A DNA stretch of 64,000 bases from Octopus sinensis (lineage: Eukaryota), in contig NC_043000.1 of assembly GCF_006345805.1 (NCBI RefSeq), positions 11,718,001-11,782,000 on the forward strand, in the 5' to 3' direction. Position 1 is the stretch's first letter, and every line of letters begins with the position of its first letter. The position numbers and the translations under genes are program-made. Shown in pieces: positions 49,158-63,550 of the stretch. The notes under the pieces are model-generated. The model was not told the DNA's origin and searched no databases. It worked only from the letters and a program-made list of their open reading frames with translations.

Positions 49158-49394
49158 GGCGGCAAGCTGGCAGAATCGTTAGCATGCCGGGCGAAATGCA
49201 TAGCCGTATTTCGTCTGCCGTTACGTTCTGAGTTCAAATTCCGCCGAGGTCGACTTTGCCTTTCATCCTTTCGGGGTCGATTAAATAAGTACCAGTTACG
49301 CACTGGAGTCGATGTAATCGACTTAATCCGTTTGTTTGTCCTTGTTTGTCCCCTCTGTGTTTAGCCCCTTGTGGGTAGTAAAGAAATAGGTATT
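49158..49394 (+). mobile_element. SINE family C, full length
   Basis: Ends AAGAAATAG|GTATT. Confidence 0.92.
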
Positions 49395-49627
49395 GGTGGT
49401 GTTGGTAGCTCTCGTTCTTCCAACTCGGCTCTGATTTAGCAGACTCGTGATCCAATGTATTCCAGCCATGACGGTCACGTCTTTTCTTTATATACACAGA
49501 ACCTAGAACTGCAATCAATATCAAGTGTGCCCCTATTTAAAGACGGTGGAATGTAATTAGACGAATATTTATCTGCTGTTTCTAGAAAGTCGAGCGACCG
49601 CGTGGAAAAAACTCCCGCGTTGGCGCG

Positions 49628-50078
49628 TTGGTGGTGGTGTTGTTAGTTAGTCTTGATGGGGTGGGGTAGAGTAGGGGGGTAATGGTGTTAGGTAAAGTAG
49701 CAGCTGTAGTGTGGAAATAGTGGGGTAATGAAGGTGGTGGAGGGTGTGCCGGTCGTGGTGGTGGTGGTGGTGGTAGTGGTGGTGTGGTAGTGGTAGTGGC
49801 GGTGGGTGAGAGATGGTGACGAAGGCGGTGATGGTAGTAGAAGTGATAGTAGTAGCTATCGTTGTTGTTGTTGTTGTTGTTGTACTGGTGGGGGGGGGGG
49901 GTGCTACTTGTGTTGGTGATGAAGGTATGGGTGGTGGCAGTGCACACAAGGGAATTGTGGTACATATGGTGTGTTAGTGGTGGTGGTGGAAACCAAGGTG
50001 GTAGAGGTAAGCTATAACGTTAACTATAGCAGCAGCAGCAGCAGCAGTGGCAGCAGCAGGAGCAATGGTTGCGGCGGG

Positions 50079-50130
<52 letters not shown>

Positions 50131-50318
50131 ATTAGTCTAATGGGAGTGACAGGAGTATAAATAGTCGCACGCTGTTGGTGGCGATGGTGGGAGAAGTAGC
50201 GGTAGCAGCAGCAGCAGCAGTAGTAGTTGTAGTAGTAGTAGCAGTGATATGGGTGCTAGTAATTGTTTAGCGGTGGTGATGGTGGTAGTACAAGTAACAT
50301 TGGCGATGATCGTGGTGA

Positions 50319-50352
<34 letters not shown>

Positions 50353-50368
50353 GGTGGTGGTAGTGGTC
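49628..50368. repeat. Trinucleotide-rich tract (GGT, GTT, GCA, GTA)
   Basis: Direct reading. Confidence 0.85.
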
Positions 50369-50784
50369 ATAGAGGAAATGCTAATTAGGCACTAAGCAGT
50401 AACAACTTTAGTACTAATAGCGTCTTTTATTTATTTATTTACATATTTACTAAGTTTTTAACTAATCAATTCCAAAACGAGCACAAGGCCACGAATTTTT
50501 TTTTTTTTTTTTTTACATTTTGTTATGGGAGGGCAACAGTCAATGGTTAAATTAATTAATCAGTAATTAACCGATTAAATTATATCATCGACTCGACACC
50601 ACTGCCGGAGGGATAAAATGCAAAACTAACATCGGCGGGATTTGAACTCACAAACGTAAAGAATCTTAACTAAATTTTTAGAGCTTTGCTAACGATCCTA
50701 CCAAATAACCTTTTTTTTAAAAAAACAAAAAAGGAAAAATTAGTAGTAGTAGTAGTAGTAGTAGCAGTTCCTGTTGTCCCCCCA

Positions 50785-51440
50785 CCCATGTCAAGCCTGA
50801 TAAAGTAGACTCAAAACCAACACCGTTCCAACTGTGGCAAAGACGTCTGATTTTTGTTGTTTGTTTATAAGACGTTATGTGGCTGTTATTTCTAGCAAGA
50901 CTCTAGACCATGCTTACAGAAGTACTAGTTTCTGGTTGTTATCTAACCGCAGATGGAGTCTTACCATCAAACAGATCTATGATGAAGGGTGTTCCAATCT
51001 TGCCGTGACCATCCCGTCTTTTTGGATGTTAAGGTCTGTTTAACGTGTCCTGCATTTTTCTCAGCTGGTAGTGATTTGGCTGCTATTTCTAGCACATAGT
51101 ACGAACACTACGTGCCACTCTGGGTTGTAGTACTTGTAGTAGGGGTTGTTGTTTAACCCTAGACCTGACCGAACAGATCTATCTTTAATCAAATACGTTC
51201 CAGTCATAGCCATCTCATCTTTCACTCAAGCATTGCGTATCTTGGACTACTTTATGCCATGTGTTCCATACTTTTCACAACGTAGGGTTTAATTGGAGGG
51301 TTATTTGGCTACTATTTCTAGGAGGCCTAACGAGCACATAGAAGGCTCCCCCCGTTGACTCGGACTAGACTTAGCGAGACATGTTATTTACCCCCGATTG
51401 TGGAGCCCTATGATCAAAGACAATCCAGCTGTGACCAGCC
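50785..51440 (+). mobile_element. Cluster of an old dispersed repeat (family F)
   Basis: Recurring CAGA(C/T)CTATGATCAAAGGCATTCCAG and GATTTGGCTGCTATTTCTAGCA motifs; also near 7810-7950, 31170-31745, 31800-31990(-), 32700-32880(-), 44720-44880, 49420-49600 and 55005-55170. Confidence 0.6.
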
Positions 51441-52087
51441 AGTCTTTATTCTTGTATGCGGAACTACTAGACATTGCTGTTACTTCTAACAGGTTTAAAG
51501 GACTGCGTAGCGGACCCTCGTACGAGCTACCCAATACAATACTAAAAGCCGTTGAAACAGCAGCAGCAGTAGTTGTAGTAGTTGTAGCAGCAGCAGCATC
51601 AGCAGCAGTCAGTGGTAGTAGTCACAGTAGTAATATACAGTAGTTAGGATGATAGTGGTGGAGGTGAAGACGGTGACAGTGTTGAGTGTAATGAAAGTTG
51701 TAGTATTTGCAAAGCAATGGGGGAGTAGGAGATATTGATGGTAGTGGTAGTAGTAGTAGCAATAATAACGAAGTGGGTGCTAGCATACTTGATGAAGGAG
51801 GCTAAAAAATTTTGATTAGTTAAACTTACATCCTTAGCAATGAGAACGAGTATAGTCTAAAATAATTCTGGCCAAAATTGGCAGGGGAGACAACTACAAC
51901 ATTTTGATTAAAAATTAATTAAATAGGTAAGTCGTGACTGTGTGCTTGAGAAGTTTGCTTCCCAAGCATGTGGTATTGGGTTCAGTCCCACTGCGCTGAA
52001 CCTACGATAAGTATTTCCCACTATAGCCCCGAGCCGACAAATACTCGTGGTTGGATTTAGTTGACGGAAACTGAAAAAAGCTGGTCA

Positions 52088-52560
<473 letters not shown>

Positions 52561-52667
52561 CAGCGTCTCTGTGTCTGTTTTTTTTTTTTTTTGTGGGGTG
52601 GAGGGAGCTGAAACAAGTAAAAGATAGAGAATGCAGCGAGGAGAGACTCTGGTCTTAATTTTATTTT

Positions 52668-52851
52668 TTACCTTTTACTTGATTCATTTATTGAACTGCG
52701 GCCTTTAGTCGAAGAAATCGACCTCAGGACTTATTCTTTTGTAAGCCTAGTACTTATTCTATCGGTTACTCTTGCCGGACCGCTATGGTACGGGGACATA
52801 AAAACACCAGCATCAGTTGTCAAGCGATGGTGGGGGACAGACAGACAGACA

Positions 52852-52920
<69 letters not shown>

Positions 52921-53070
52921 CATATATACGACGGGCTTCTTTCAGTTTCCGTCTACCGAATCCACTCACAAGACTTTCGTTTGCCCGAGGCTATAGTAGA
53001 AGTCACTTGCTCAAGGTGCTACGCAGTGGGACTGAACCCGGAGTCATGTGGTTGGTAAGCAAGCTTCTTA

Positions 53071-53073
<3 letters not shown>
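52668..53073 (-). mobile_element. SINE family A
   Basis: Consensus match. Confidence 0.88.
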
Positions 53074-53106
<33 letters not shown>

Positions 53107-53109
53107 CTT

Positions 53110-53146
<37 letters not shown>

Positions 53147-53244
53147 ATATATATAATATATAAATAATTCAAATATATATTATATATATATATATATATA
53201 CTTCAAATATATATATACTATATATATATATATATACTTCAAAT

Positions 53245-53425
53245 TTACAGAAAACAAAAAGCGAAGACAGGTGAAAGAACAACAAACAGGTGTTATTAGT
53301 TTAACCCTGGGGAAGAATAGAAAAGTCTTTGATATTTCGAGCCTATGCTCTTCAACAGAAAGGACTGAGTGAAACAAGACAGAGAGAGGACGAAAAAGAC
53401 GGAGAGAGAAAAAAATGTCTTGGGA
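53245..53425 (-). mobile_element. Hammerhead-bearing element family H2, copy 2
   Basis: Minus strand AGTCCTTT CTGTTGA a GAGC atag GCTC GAAA TA TC AAAGACT (53324-53366). Confidence 0.7.
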
Positions 53426-54059
53426 TAAGCCTATATGTAATATAAATACACACACACACACACACATATATATAGAGAGAGAGAGAGAGCACCAAATTTG
53501 GTATTAACATTTCATGCAGCGTACATCCTTGGTATCCCCACCCCCATCTTTGCATCATTGAGAAAGTTTAATAATTCCGAAACATATACTTATTTGGCTT
53601 TAAAAACAAATTCTTTACTTGCATCTGCATTGCCTTTATTTTAACAAAAATTACGGTTAGCTGATCTTATTGGAGTTATTTCCCCTCGTTTGTCAATTTG
53701 TAGATTTTAATCATACTCAGAAGGGTTTTCTTTCTACTATAAACATGGATCGTCTCAGCTAATCCAAGTTTCTTTAGTTCATTATATTACGTATACATGC
53801 TTTCTATTGTATATGTATATATTAAGCAGCATGCTTCTATGAACTAAGTTTTTCTTCGCTTGTTTCAGTCATTGGACTACGGCCATGCTGGGGCACCGCC
53901 TTGAAGTGTTTTTGTCGAACGAATCAACTCCGGTACTTTTAAACAGGATAATAGATGCTTATTCTATCAGCTTTTTTTTGCCGATCTGCTAGATGACGGA
54001 AACGTAAACAAACCAACACTGGCTGTCAAGCGGTGGTGAGAGACAAACATGAATACTAA

Positions 54060-54352
54060 AATTACAAACATTAGCAAGAGTATTTCTAGCCTCTTCTCCG
54101 ATGTAAACATTTTTAATAGTGTTGCCTCAATATATAATAAAGCTCTAAAAGATAGTGGTTTTAACGAGGAAATAACCTATACACCTGTTATTAGTCCAGA
54201 AACAAAGAAAAGGAAAAATAAGAATAGGAAAATTATCTGGTTCACACCACTTTACTCCTCTTAAGTGACTTTTAATATAGGTAGATCTTTCTTATCCCTT
54301 ATAGATAGGCATTTTCCAGTCAGTCATAATTATAGGAAGCTCTTTAATAGGC
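54060..54352 (+). pseudogene. Penelope-like (Naiad-type) RT-thumb/linker fragment
   Basis: NISKSISSLFS...YNKALKDSGF...[41 protein letters not shown] matches the IIWFNPPYS...NIG..FL.LID.HFP..H...KIFNR segment. Confidence 0.85.
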
Positions 54353-54727
54353 AAGGTTTGTCTTAATAACTGATGAGATGTCGGAGCAGACTTCAGCCCC
54401 GGTATCTCATTGTCATTAAACAGCTAAAGGTTAGTTTCATTCCCCAAATCCTTCCATGTGTTTCTTTAATAAAAAATTTCCAACTTGTCTCCCCTTGCCT
54501 TTTTTCTTTACCAGAATTATTGTGCATTTTATATTTTATTTTTCAGTAATTGCTCCCGGCAATATGTTGTAAATATTCATTTATAAAATATTCTTGTTAA
54601 CTACGTTAAGTATGTTAGTGCCGAATTTACTGTTAAGTTTTCATGCGGCAGGTCATCCAAGGTATTTTTCCTGGTCATTACTGCAGAAAAGACAGGATGA
54701 GGATGTGCGCATGTGTGTGTGTATGAA

Positions 54728-54795
<68 letters not shown>

Positions 54796-55248
54796 ATATA
54801 TGTACACACATATGTAGATATGTGTATCTATCTATCTATCTATCTATTTCTGTGAGCGTGTGCGCACATATGTACGTTTGTTCAACCAAACAGAACAGGT
54901 CAAATGCCATACACGAAACTATCGACCCTTGTCTTACATTGCAGGACAGAGAAAGATTGAGAGCGGGTAAAGCAGATTGAAACCGGGAGAGACTTACAGC
55001 TATTATTGTTTAGCCCTAAGTCAACCATGATTGAGTATTTCGATGATAAACGGCATTCTAACTCGTATATTTAGGAATTTTGTAGGACAACATCAATCAA
55101 CGTGTCCTATTTTAAAGATGGCTGGGCGTGATGTGGTGGAGATTTGGGTGCTGTTTCTAGCAGGTCGAACAATCAAGTAAAATCGCGGTATGAGAATTGG
55201 GTGCATTTGTGATGTTACGTGGTGGTGATTATGGTGGAGGAAGTAGAG

Positions 55249-55296
<48 letters not shown>

Positions 55297-56321
55297 CGTA
55301 GAGACGGGGGTGAAAGCGAAAGGCATAGAGAGAAAAGAGGGGGAGATAAGAGAGAAAGAAAGAGAGAGTGGAGAGGAAAGAAAAAAGAAAAAGTGAGAGA
55401 GGATAGTTATGTTAAGCTATCGTTACGCAGCTTGTCTTATGTTATTGTATTAACGTTTTGTATTTAAGTTGCCCTTGTGGGGGGGGGAATAAAGAAATCA
55501 TTATGGTGACGGGAATGCCGGTAATAGTGGCGGAGGTTATGGTGATGACGGTAATGGTGGTGGTGGTGGTGGTGGTAATGCTGTTGGTGGCCGCCGGCGG
55601 GGTCGTGGTCGTGGTCGTGGCTTCGGTCGTCATCGTCGCCGTGGTAGCAGCAGCCGCGGTAGTGATAGCTGCAACAGTAGTAGTAGTAGTAGTAGCAGCA
55701 GCAGCAGTTGTTAAATAGAGAGAGATAAAGTAATGGAACAGTTATAGACGACGCTCATTCTATGATAGTGGTGGCGGTCGCAGTTGGTTGCAGCAGTAGA
55801 GAGGGAGAGATAGAGACAAAGAGAGTGAGGGTGAGACTTAGTGATTGACGGCGGCGAGAACATTTGTAGTGGGGGATGCAGTGGTAAAAGCAAAGAGTCA
55901 GTAGCAGTGAGAGGTAGGTTTTCAGTCGTAGTGGTACGAGTTTGGTTGCAAGCTGCTCTTAGTTTGATGTCGGAAATTCTACACAGACTTCGTGTCTCTG
56001 CTGCGGTGCCAACCGACTGGATGGACATAGATGTATGTATATATATATATATATATATATATGGGTATGACATTGCTTTAAACGTCTTCCTGCCAAGACC
56101 AACAACAGTGGAAATCCTTCATACTAACTGCTATTCGATAGGAATCAGGGGCAGCGGTTTTATACCAGTGAAAGTTTAAATACAAATTTATCCGCTTATT
56201 TTGGAATTTAGAGATCCAGTATCGGCTGTGTGTGTGTTTGGTGTTATATGTTTATGTGTGTGGTTTGATATCAACGAGTCCAAACTACTTGATGAGCCGC
56301 ATGCGGCTCTCATAGCTAGTA

Positions 56322-56561
56322 TACTCTTTTATTTGTTTCAGTCATTTGACTGCGGCCATGCTGGAGCACCGCCTTTAGTCGAGCAAATCGACCCCAGGAC
56401 TTATTCTTTGGAAGCCTAGTACTTATTCTTATCGGTGTCTTATGCCGAACCGCAAAGTTACGGGGGACATAAACACACCAGCATCGGTTGTCAAGCGATG
56501 TTGGGGGGGACAAACAGACACACACACACCACACACACATATATATATATATATATATTAG

Positions 56562-56600
<39 letters not shown>

Positions 56601-56758
56601 CGACAGGTTCTTTCAGTTTCCGTCTACCAAATCCACTCACAAGGCTCTGGTCGGCCCGAGGCTATAGTAGAAGACACTTGCCCAAGGTGCCACGCAGTGG
56701 GACTGAACCCGGAGCCATGTAGTTGGTAAGCAAGCTACTTACCACACAGCCACTCCTG
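56322..56758 (-). mobile_element. SINE family A, full length
   Basis: Consensus match. Confidence 0.92.
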
Positions 56759-56927
56759 AGAGTATGTGCATCTCTCCCAAAATTGTTTTGGTGCAGTTTT
56801 CCCAATACCCTATACTGTAGAGATCTAGGGACGAAGGAAACCTATAAATGTTATACTATATCGTGTATATATTTGTGTGTATGTGTGTATTTCCCTATCT
56901 ATAATTCTAAAATTTTGTATTTCGGTT

Positions 56928-57596
56928 ATCTTTTATTTGTTTCAGTCATTAGACTGCAGCCATGCTTGTGCACCGCCTTGAGTTTTAGTCGAACAAATCG
57001 GCCTCAGAATTTTTTTTCTAAAGCCTGGTACTTATTCTATCAGTGTCATTGCCGGACCGCTAGATAACAGGGTCATAAACACACCAACACCAGTTGTCAA
57101 GCGAGGTGAGGGACAAACACAAACACACACACTCTCTCTCCCTCCCTCTCTTTCTTTCTCTCTCTCTCTCACACACATATTTGATATTTTGGACTAATGG
57201 ATATATGTCGATTAGTGTGTTGAAGTGTTTAGACACAACTTAATGCATGGATGTATCTGATGAGACCCAGACCACAAAATGGATGCAACGTATGTTGAAC
57301 GGAGTCCCAACCATAAGTGACAATAGCAGGATGGGTCGAAACGACCATTGTACAAAATAAAGATTAATACCAAATCCATCTTCTGGTTACGTAAGAAATT
57401 ATTATTATATATATTATTATTATATATATATATGTTACGCGCTCCTTTCAGTGTGTCTACGAAATCCACTTACAAGGCATTTGTCGGTCCGAGGCTATAA
57501 TAAAAGATATTTGCCTAAGGTGGCTTGCAGTGGGACTGAACCCAAAACCATGTGGTCGGGAAGCAACTTCTTAATCACACAGCCACGCATGCGCCT
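56928..57596 (-). mobile_element. Diverged SINE A whose microsatellite hosts a hammerhead-bearing insert
   Basis: 3' half at 56928-57125, 5' half at 57437-57596. Confidence 0.75.
57252..57354 (+). ncRNA. Type I hammerhead motif with large stem II insertion
   Basis: TGTAT CTGATGA GACCCA...TGGGTC GAAA cgacca TT GTACA; perfect 6-bp stem II base, 5-bp stem I. Confidence 0.7.
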
Positions 57597-57778
57597 ATTG
57601 ATGCTCTTGTATGTGAAAAACGTTTTTTATCAAGCAGCTTGGCCAATGTGTGTGTGTGTGTGTGTTTGCTGATATACATATGTTTATAGCTAATATATTG
57701 ATTATAGGTATATACATCCTATACGTAAGTTAATATATTCGTACGCGTATATGTAGTTTATATACACGTTTGTAACGC

Positions 57779-57817
<39 letters not shown>

Positions 57818-58414
57818 ATCTGTCTATCTATCTATCTATAAATAAGTATGCATTTATAATTTGTTTATAAAACTTAAATCAATTGAAAATGCGTCATTGG
57901 TACATCGGAGGGATGAAACAAAACCAACTCCTATCATACAATTCTCGTTAATGACCACCGCTCCCCCCTTTTTTTTACTCTCTATCGAGTTACAAACTTT
58001 TTTGAAGATTTCGTTTTATGCTACATGTTTGTCCAAAAAGCGTAAAGTGACTAACTTTCAATCTAGCGGAGTTTTGGAATAGCTATCACTGCATCTTGAG
58101 CAAGGAAACGGGTCCGAACTTGGATGGAGTATTTTTTTTCTTCCCTTTTCCCCATTCATTTTGAAGTGTTTCTGTGTTTTGTACAACGAAAATTACGATT
58201 CTGAAAGTTTTGTTTTTTTTTCCAAAAATTATTAAAAAAAAAAATTTGCCATTCTCACCCAACTTCGTTTCCCTTTTCTCCCCATGTTTGCCACCCGATT
58301 TGTGACTTTAGACCCGATTCAGAAATCATCACCATGGATATTATTATTAAGGTAGTTAACTGGGGCGGAGCGCCAAACTTTGTGGTAACATGCGAAAGCA
58401 ATGACTTGATGGTA

Positions 58415-58645
58415 GGCGAGTTGGCAGAATCGTTAGCACGCCGGGCGAAATGCTTAGCGGTATTTCGTCTGCCGCTACGTTCTGAGTTCAAATTCCGCCG
58501 AGGTCGACTTTACCTTTCAACCTTTCGGGGTCGATTAAATAAGTACCAGTTATGTACTGGGGTCGATGTAGTCGACTTAATCCGTTTGTCTGTCCTTGTT
58601 TGTCCCCTCTATGTGTAGCCCCTTGTGGGCAGTAAAGAAATAGGT
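58415..58645 (+). mobile_element. SINE family C, full length
   Basis: Consensus match; ends AAGAAATAG|GTA. Confidence 0.92.
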
Positions 58646-58892
58646 AGTGTAGCGCAATTTGGTATGGCAATCTGCGCTATAAGTTCAAATACTGTGGACA
58701 TTAACTTGTTTTTTCATCCTTTCGGAGTATATAGATAATGTACCAGTACTTTAGCCGATCTTTCATTCATTCATTCTTATTTTGTGTCTGAAAGAAACCA
58801 GTGGTCTTCAGTGCCTAAACTGCGGTGAATTTTATGACGGTGAGCAGAGGGACGAAAACTGGTACATACATTATATCAAATTACTGGTCTGT

Positions 58893-59124
58893 GGCGGCGA
58901 GTTGGCAGAAACGTTAGCACGCCGGGCGAAATGCGTCGCCGTATTTCGTCTGTCGTTATGTTCCGAGTTCAAATTCCGCCGAGGTCGACTTTGCCTTTCA
59001 TCCTTTCAGGGTCGATTAAATAAGTACCAGTTACGCACTGGAGTCGATGTGATCGACTTAATCCCTTTGTCTGTCCTTGTTTGTCCCCCTCTGTGTTTAG
59101 CCCCTTGTGGATAGTAAAGAAATA
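58893..59124 (+). mobile_element. SINE family C, full length, ~22-bp TSD
   Basis: TATATCAAATTACTGGTCTGTG at 58872-58893 and 59125-59146. Confidence 0.95.
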
Positions 59125-59513
59125 TATATCAAATTACTGGTCTGTGATATTAGAAACGAAATGCATTCATTATACGTAAGTGATCTGGGACTATAAAAAT
59201 CGGATGATGAACAAAACAAGGTGCTTTTCTTCGCAACTGCTATCATGCAGATTGCCGGTCAAAATTTATTGCAAATTAAAAAGAGACAAAGGAACATACA
59301 ACACAGACACCCGCGTACACACACACACCACACACACACACACGAGTGGGTGGACAAACGAAAGAAAGGGGCACTCAACACGTTTGGTAGGAATTTCATT
59401 TGGTCCCCATGCAACGGGCTAGGTTCGTGCGCCGAGTCTACGAAACTAAATTGCAAGGGGCCCGAATCAAACTTTAAATATATATAGGTCTCTCTCTCTC
59501 TCTCTCATATATA

Positions 59514-59585
<72 letters not shown>

Positions 59586-59688
59586 GTATGTATTAGAAGA
59601 AATGAGGTACTCAGAAGATTGGATGGTTTATATTTACAGATATTTATTTGTATATTACATTTTTTATATATATATCATATCACTTAGA

Positions 59689-59730
59689 TCATTAGCGCTT
59701 TCTCCCATTCTAGTGGGGTTTTCAAATCAA
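59689..59730 (-). ncRNA. Minimal type I hammerhead motif, U3-A8 core
   Basis: Minus strand TTGAT TTGAAAA cCCCA ctagaa TGGGa GAAA GCGC TA ATGA; palindromic tetraloop stem III. Confidence 0.6.
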
Positions 59731-60658
59731 ACTAAGTTTGTATGTATATATACATAGAGTGCGAGAGAGACTGCGTGTGTGTGTGTGTGAAGAGATATGC
59801 GAGGAATGTTTGTATCATTTTGTTAGAGAAATGCAGAAGCAATACAAAAAAAAAATAATAAAATAAAATAATGGTCTGAACGACTCCTTGTATCCCTTTT
59901 AATAAACCTTTTTTTTTTCATGTGTGGAAATGTGCTGACCAAACAAAAAGCTTGAAATGTAATAACTGTAGTTTTTATATCGCTAAAATATACTATCTTA
60001 GCCGTCGATTAAATGGACGGTACTCTCCAATCGTTGTTAGGGACAGTGACTTGTAAATGTTCCAGTTCTTTACATTCCGAGTTCAAAACCCACTGAAGTC
60101 AACTTCACTTTTTCATGCTTCCAAGGTCGATAATATAAAGTATCAGTCAAACATTGAGCCAATTATAATCGAATATCCCTTCCCCATTTAATTTCTGACT
60201 TTATACCTGTTATAAACGACTGTTTGATTCTGATATGGCAGAATCGGTAGAATACAAGTGTCTTGCGATACTTGCCCGATTTGATTTGGCATAGCTACAG
60301 TCTGATGCTCCACGACTTTATTTCATCGTAGATTTCTGAAAAATGCTTACTTTAGATTAAATTTTGCAGAGAAATAAGCATTCCCCACCCCCAATGCTAT
60401 GACGGAACAAAATCAGCGAGGTACTTCGTACGCCATTTCCATTTTAATCTATCTGTCTATCTATTTATACACACACGCACGCACACACGCATTCACACTC
60501 TCTCACGCGCAAACCCACACATGCTAAACTGCATGTACAGTTCTCTGCAAATACACGTAGGCCACAACACTTTCATGTTCACTGTGCCTAGGTTGACGAC
60601 GCAGTAGTCACGGCTGGATTGCGATTGAAGTATTGCCAGGGCCTAAGTGATATCCAAG

Positions 60659-61028
60659 TGGCACTCCGTCGGTTGCGACGACGAGGATTCCAGTTGATCC
60701 GATCAACAGAACAGCCTACTCGTGAAATTAATGTGCAAGTGGCTGAGCACTCCACAGACACGTGTACCCTTAATGCAGTTCTCGGGGATATTCAGCTTGA
60801 CAGAGTGTGACAAGGCTGACCCTTCGAAAAACAGGTACAACAGAAAGAGGAAGAAAGAGTGAAAGAAAGTTGTGGTGAAAGCAGAGTTCACCACCACCCA
60901 CTGTCGGAGCTTCGTGGAGTTTTAAATGTTTTCGCTCAATAAACACTCACAACGCCCGGTCTGGGAATCGAAACCGTGATCCAACGACCGCCAGTCCGCT
61001 GTCCTAACCACTGGGCCATTACGCCTCC
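60659..61028 (-). mobile_element. SINE family B, full length, older
   Basis: Reverse complement of family B; decayed TSD TAAGT(G/C)A(T/C)ATCCA at 60644-60656 and 61031-61043. Confidence 0.9.
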
Positions 61029-61104
61029 AGTAAGTCACATCCACAACACGCGTGTATAACATAAACAACGAAGATTTTAACAAAATATTAATTCTCTCCA
61101 CTGT

Positions 61105-61702
61105 ATTGCACAAGGCGTGAAATCTATGGCAAGGGAGGGGGACTAGTCGATTGCATTGATCTCAGTGCTCGGCTGCTACTTATATCGATCTCGAAAGGAT
61201 GAAAGGCAAAGTCGGCCTTGTTGGAATTTGAACTCGGAACATAAAGAAAATGCTGCTAAACATTTTGTCCAGCATGTTAACGTTTCTGCTAGCTCGGCAA
61301 AAGCATGTTAACATTTCAACCGCAAGAAATTAATAGCGCGCTACATGATAGAAATTGAACCAAGAAACCGATTGTTCGACTAACAAGAAAAGCGGGATTT
61401 GATTTTCGTTAATTTTGATTTGATAAATTTGGAATAGTTTATCCTTACTAGTGTATATCGCACGCCTATCTGTCTACAATATTTGTCGTAAGGCGGCGAG
61501 CTGGCAGAAACGTTAGCACGCCTGGCGAAATGCGTAGCAGTATTTCGTCTACCGTTACGTTCTGAGTTCAAATTCCGCTGAGGTCGACTTTGCCTTTCAT
61601 CCTTTCGGGGTCGATAAATCAAGTATCAGTTACGTACTGGAGTCGATATAATCGACTGGCCCCTCCCCCAAAATTTCGGGCTTTGTACCGAGAGTAGAAA
61701 AG
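61105..61702. mobile_element. Head-to-head SINE C copies (61105-61297 minus; 61492-61702 plus)
   Basis: Consensus matches. Confidence 0.82.
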
Positions 61703-62708
61703 AAAATTTGTTGTAAGTACACGTGCTTACTCACACACAAACACACACACTCATGTCTCTGTGTATGTAGTATATAATATATATGAATATTGATATGAAT
61801 ATATATATATATAAATAAATGCATATATATATATATATACAGGTATGTACATATATTAATGTATCTATATAAATATATGTATATATACACACATGTATGT
61901 ATATATATAAATATATATTATATATACATATGTGTGTATGTATATATCTATATGTGTGTGTATGTATACACACACGCACATATATATATATTTGTATGTG
62001 TGTGAAGGCCCTATACAAAGTGATTATATTTTTTCATCTATGTGAATGAAAAAGAAAGGTAGTGGGTAGAGTAGAAAAATTGATGCTGAAGGGGGAAGCG
62101 TGGAGAAAGGCGGGAGAATGGTTTGTGGGAGTGGGAGGTAGAAAAGCGAGGGTAAATAATGAGGGTTGGAGAATGGTATAAAGAGAATAGTGGTGGGAGT
62201 GAAGTGAAATGACAGACGTAACCTTGGTTCCCCGCAAATAAACTGATTAACATCAGATAAGATAGAGGAGATATAGAGCGAGTATGAGTAATAATATATC
62301 TAAGTAGAGAACAGAGTGAAAGGGTGAGAGGGATTAATAAGGAAATTGAGTGAAAGAGAGAGGAGTAGAATAGGATAAATAGAAGGGTGAGAGGGAAATG
62401 AAAGAAAGAGATGTTTAAGTGGAAAGAGAGAGAAATGGTACAAATACAGAGAGTGACGCAAAAGTGAAAGGTTAATAAAGTTAAAGGAAGTGGGGAAGTG
62501 ATATAGAGTAAAAAAATAGATAATGTAAAGGAGAACAAAGGTAAGTAGGAGAGAGCGAGAACTTGAGGGAGATTGGGAAGAGAGGTGGCGTGAATAGACG
62601 ATGTCAATATGTGTAAACAAGCAGAAAATTTTAAAACAAAGGTGGGGTTGGTAAGAGAATAAAAGGGGGGAACTGACAGAGATGAGAAAGAAATGAATTG
62701 AAAGCACA

Positions 62709-62853
62709 GGCGTGGCTGTGTGGTTAAGAAGCTTCTTTCCCAACCATGTGATCTCGGGTTCATTCCCATAGCGCGCCATCTTGTGTAAGTGTCTTTTTAT
62801 ATAGACTCGAGCCAAGTGGATTTCGTAAACAGAAACTGAAAGAAATCCGTTGT
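62709..62853 (+). mobile_element. SINE family A, 5' half
   Basis: GGCGTGGCTGTGTGGTTAAGAAGC...GAAACTGAAAGAA. Confidence 0.75.
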
Positions 62854-62880
62854 ACATATCTGTATCTATGCACGTCTTTC

Positions 62881-63119
62881 TTATTTCTTTACTGCCCACA
62901 GAGGGGACAAACAATGACAAAGGTATTATATCGACACACGTGCGTAACTGGTACTTAATTTATCGACCCCGAAAGGATGAAAGGCAAAGTCGACCTCGGC
63001 GGAATTTGAACTCAGAACGTAGCGGCAGACGAAATACCTGTTTCTATTTCTTTACTACCCACAAGGGGCTAAACACAGAGGAGACAAACAGATTAAGTCG
63101 ATTATATCGACCCCAGTGC
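62881..63119 (-). mobile_element. SINE C partial dimer
   Basis: Junction at ~63030-63050. Confidence 0.85.
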
Positions 63120-63550
63120 ATAATCGATGTTTAAAAGCCAGTTTTAAACAAATGTCTTCAAAAATTCCTATTTCGCTTTTCACACATTCACTTGTATAGG
63201 TTGAACTATGTAAAAATGTTAGAGAAAGAAATCTAGCTGTTTCTTACACAGCGATACATACCAATACATATACCTAACACAAAAAATTTTCAAGGACCCT
63301 TAAAATACTGTTGTAGGTCCCCAATTCACTATTTTGTTTTATGCCCCCCCCCTAATCTTATATTGAGTATTTGAGCTGAATACAAGAATTGATTTTACTC
63401 GCGAATTGAAAACTGAATTTGAGTAATTTGAGTTAGATATCTCTATAAAGTTAGGGTAATTCTTGAGCATATATACAGAGTTCCAATGCTCGTTTCGTTT
63501 AATTCTACAGATTCTTCTCGTCTCATACAGAAACAGCGATACACAGAATT

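Noticed and set aside
62038-62920. 243-aa and 206-aa L/S/F-rich ORFs
   Set aside because: Arise from a purine/pyrimidine-skewed low-complexity tract plus a SINE A head.
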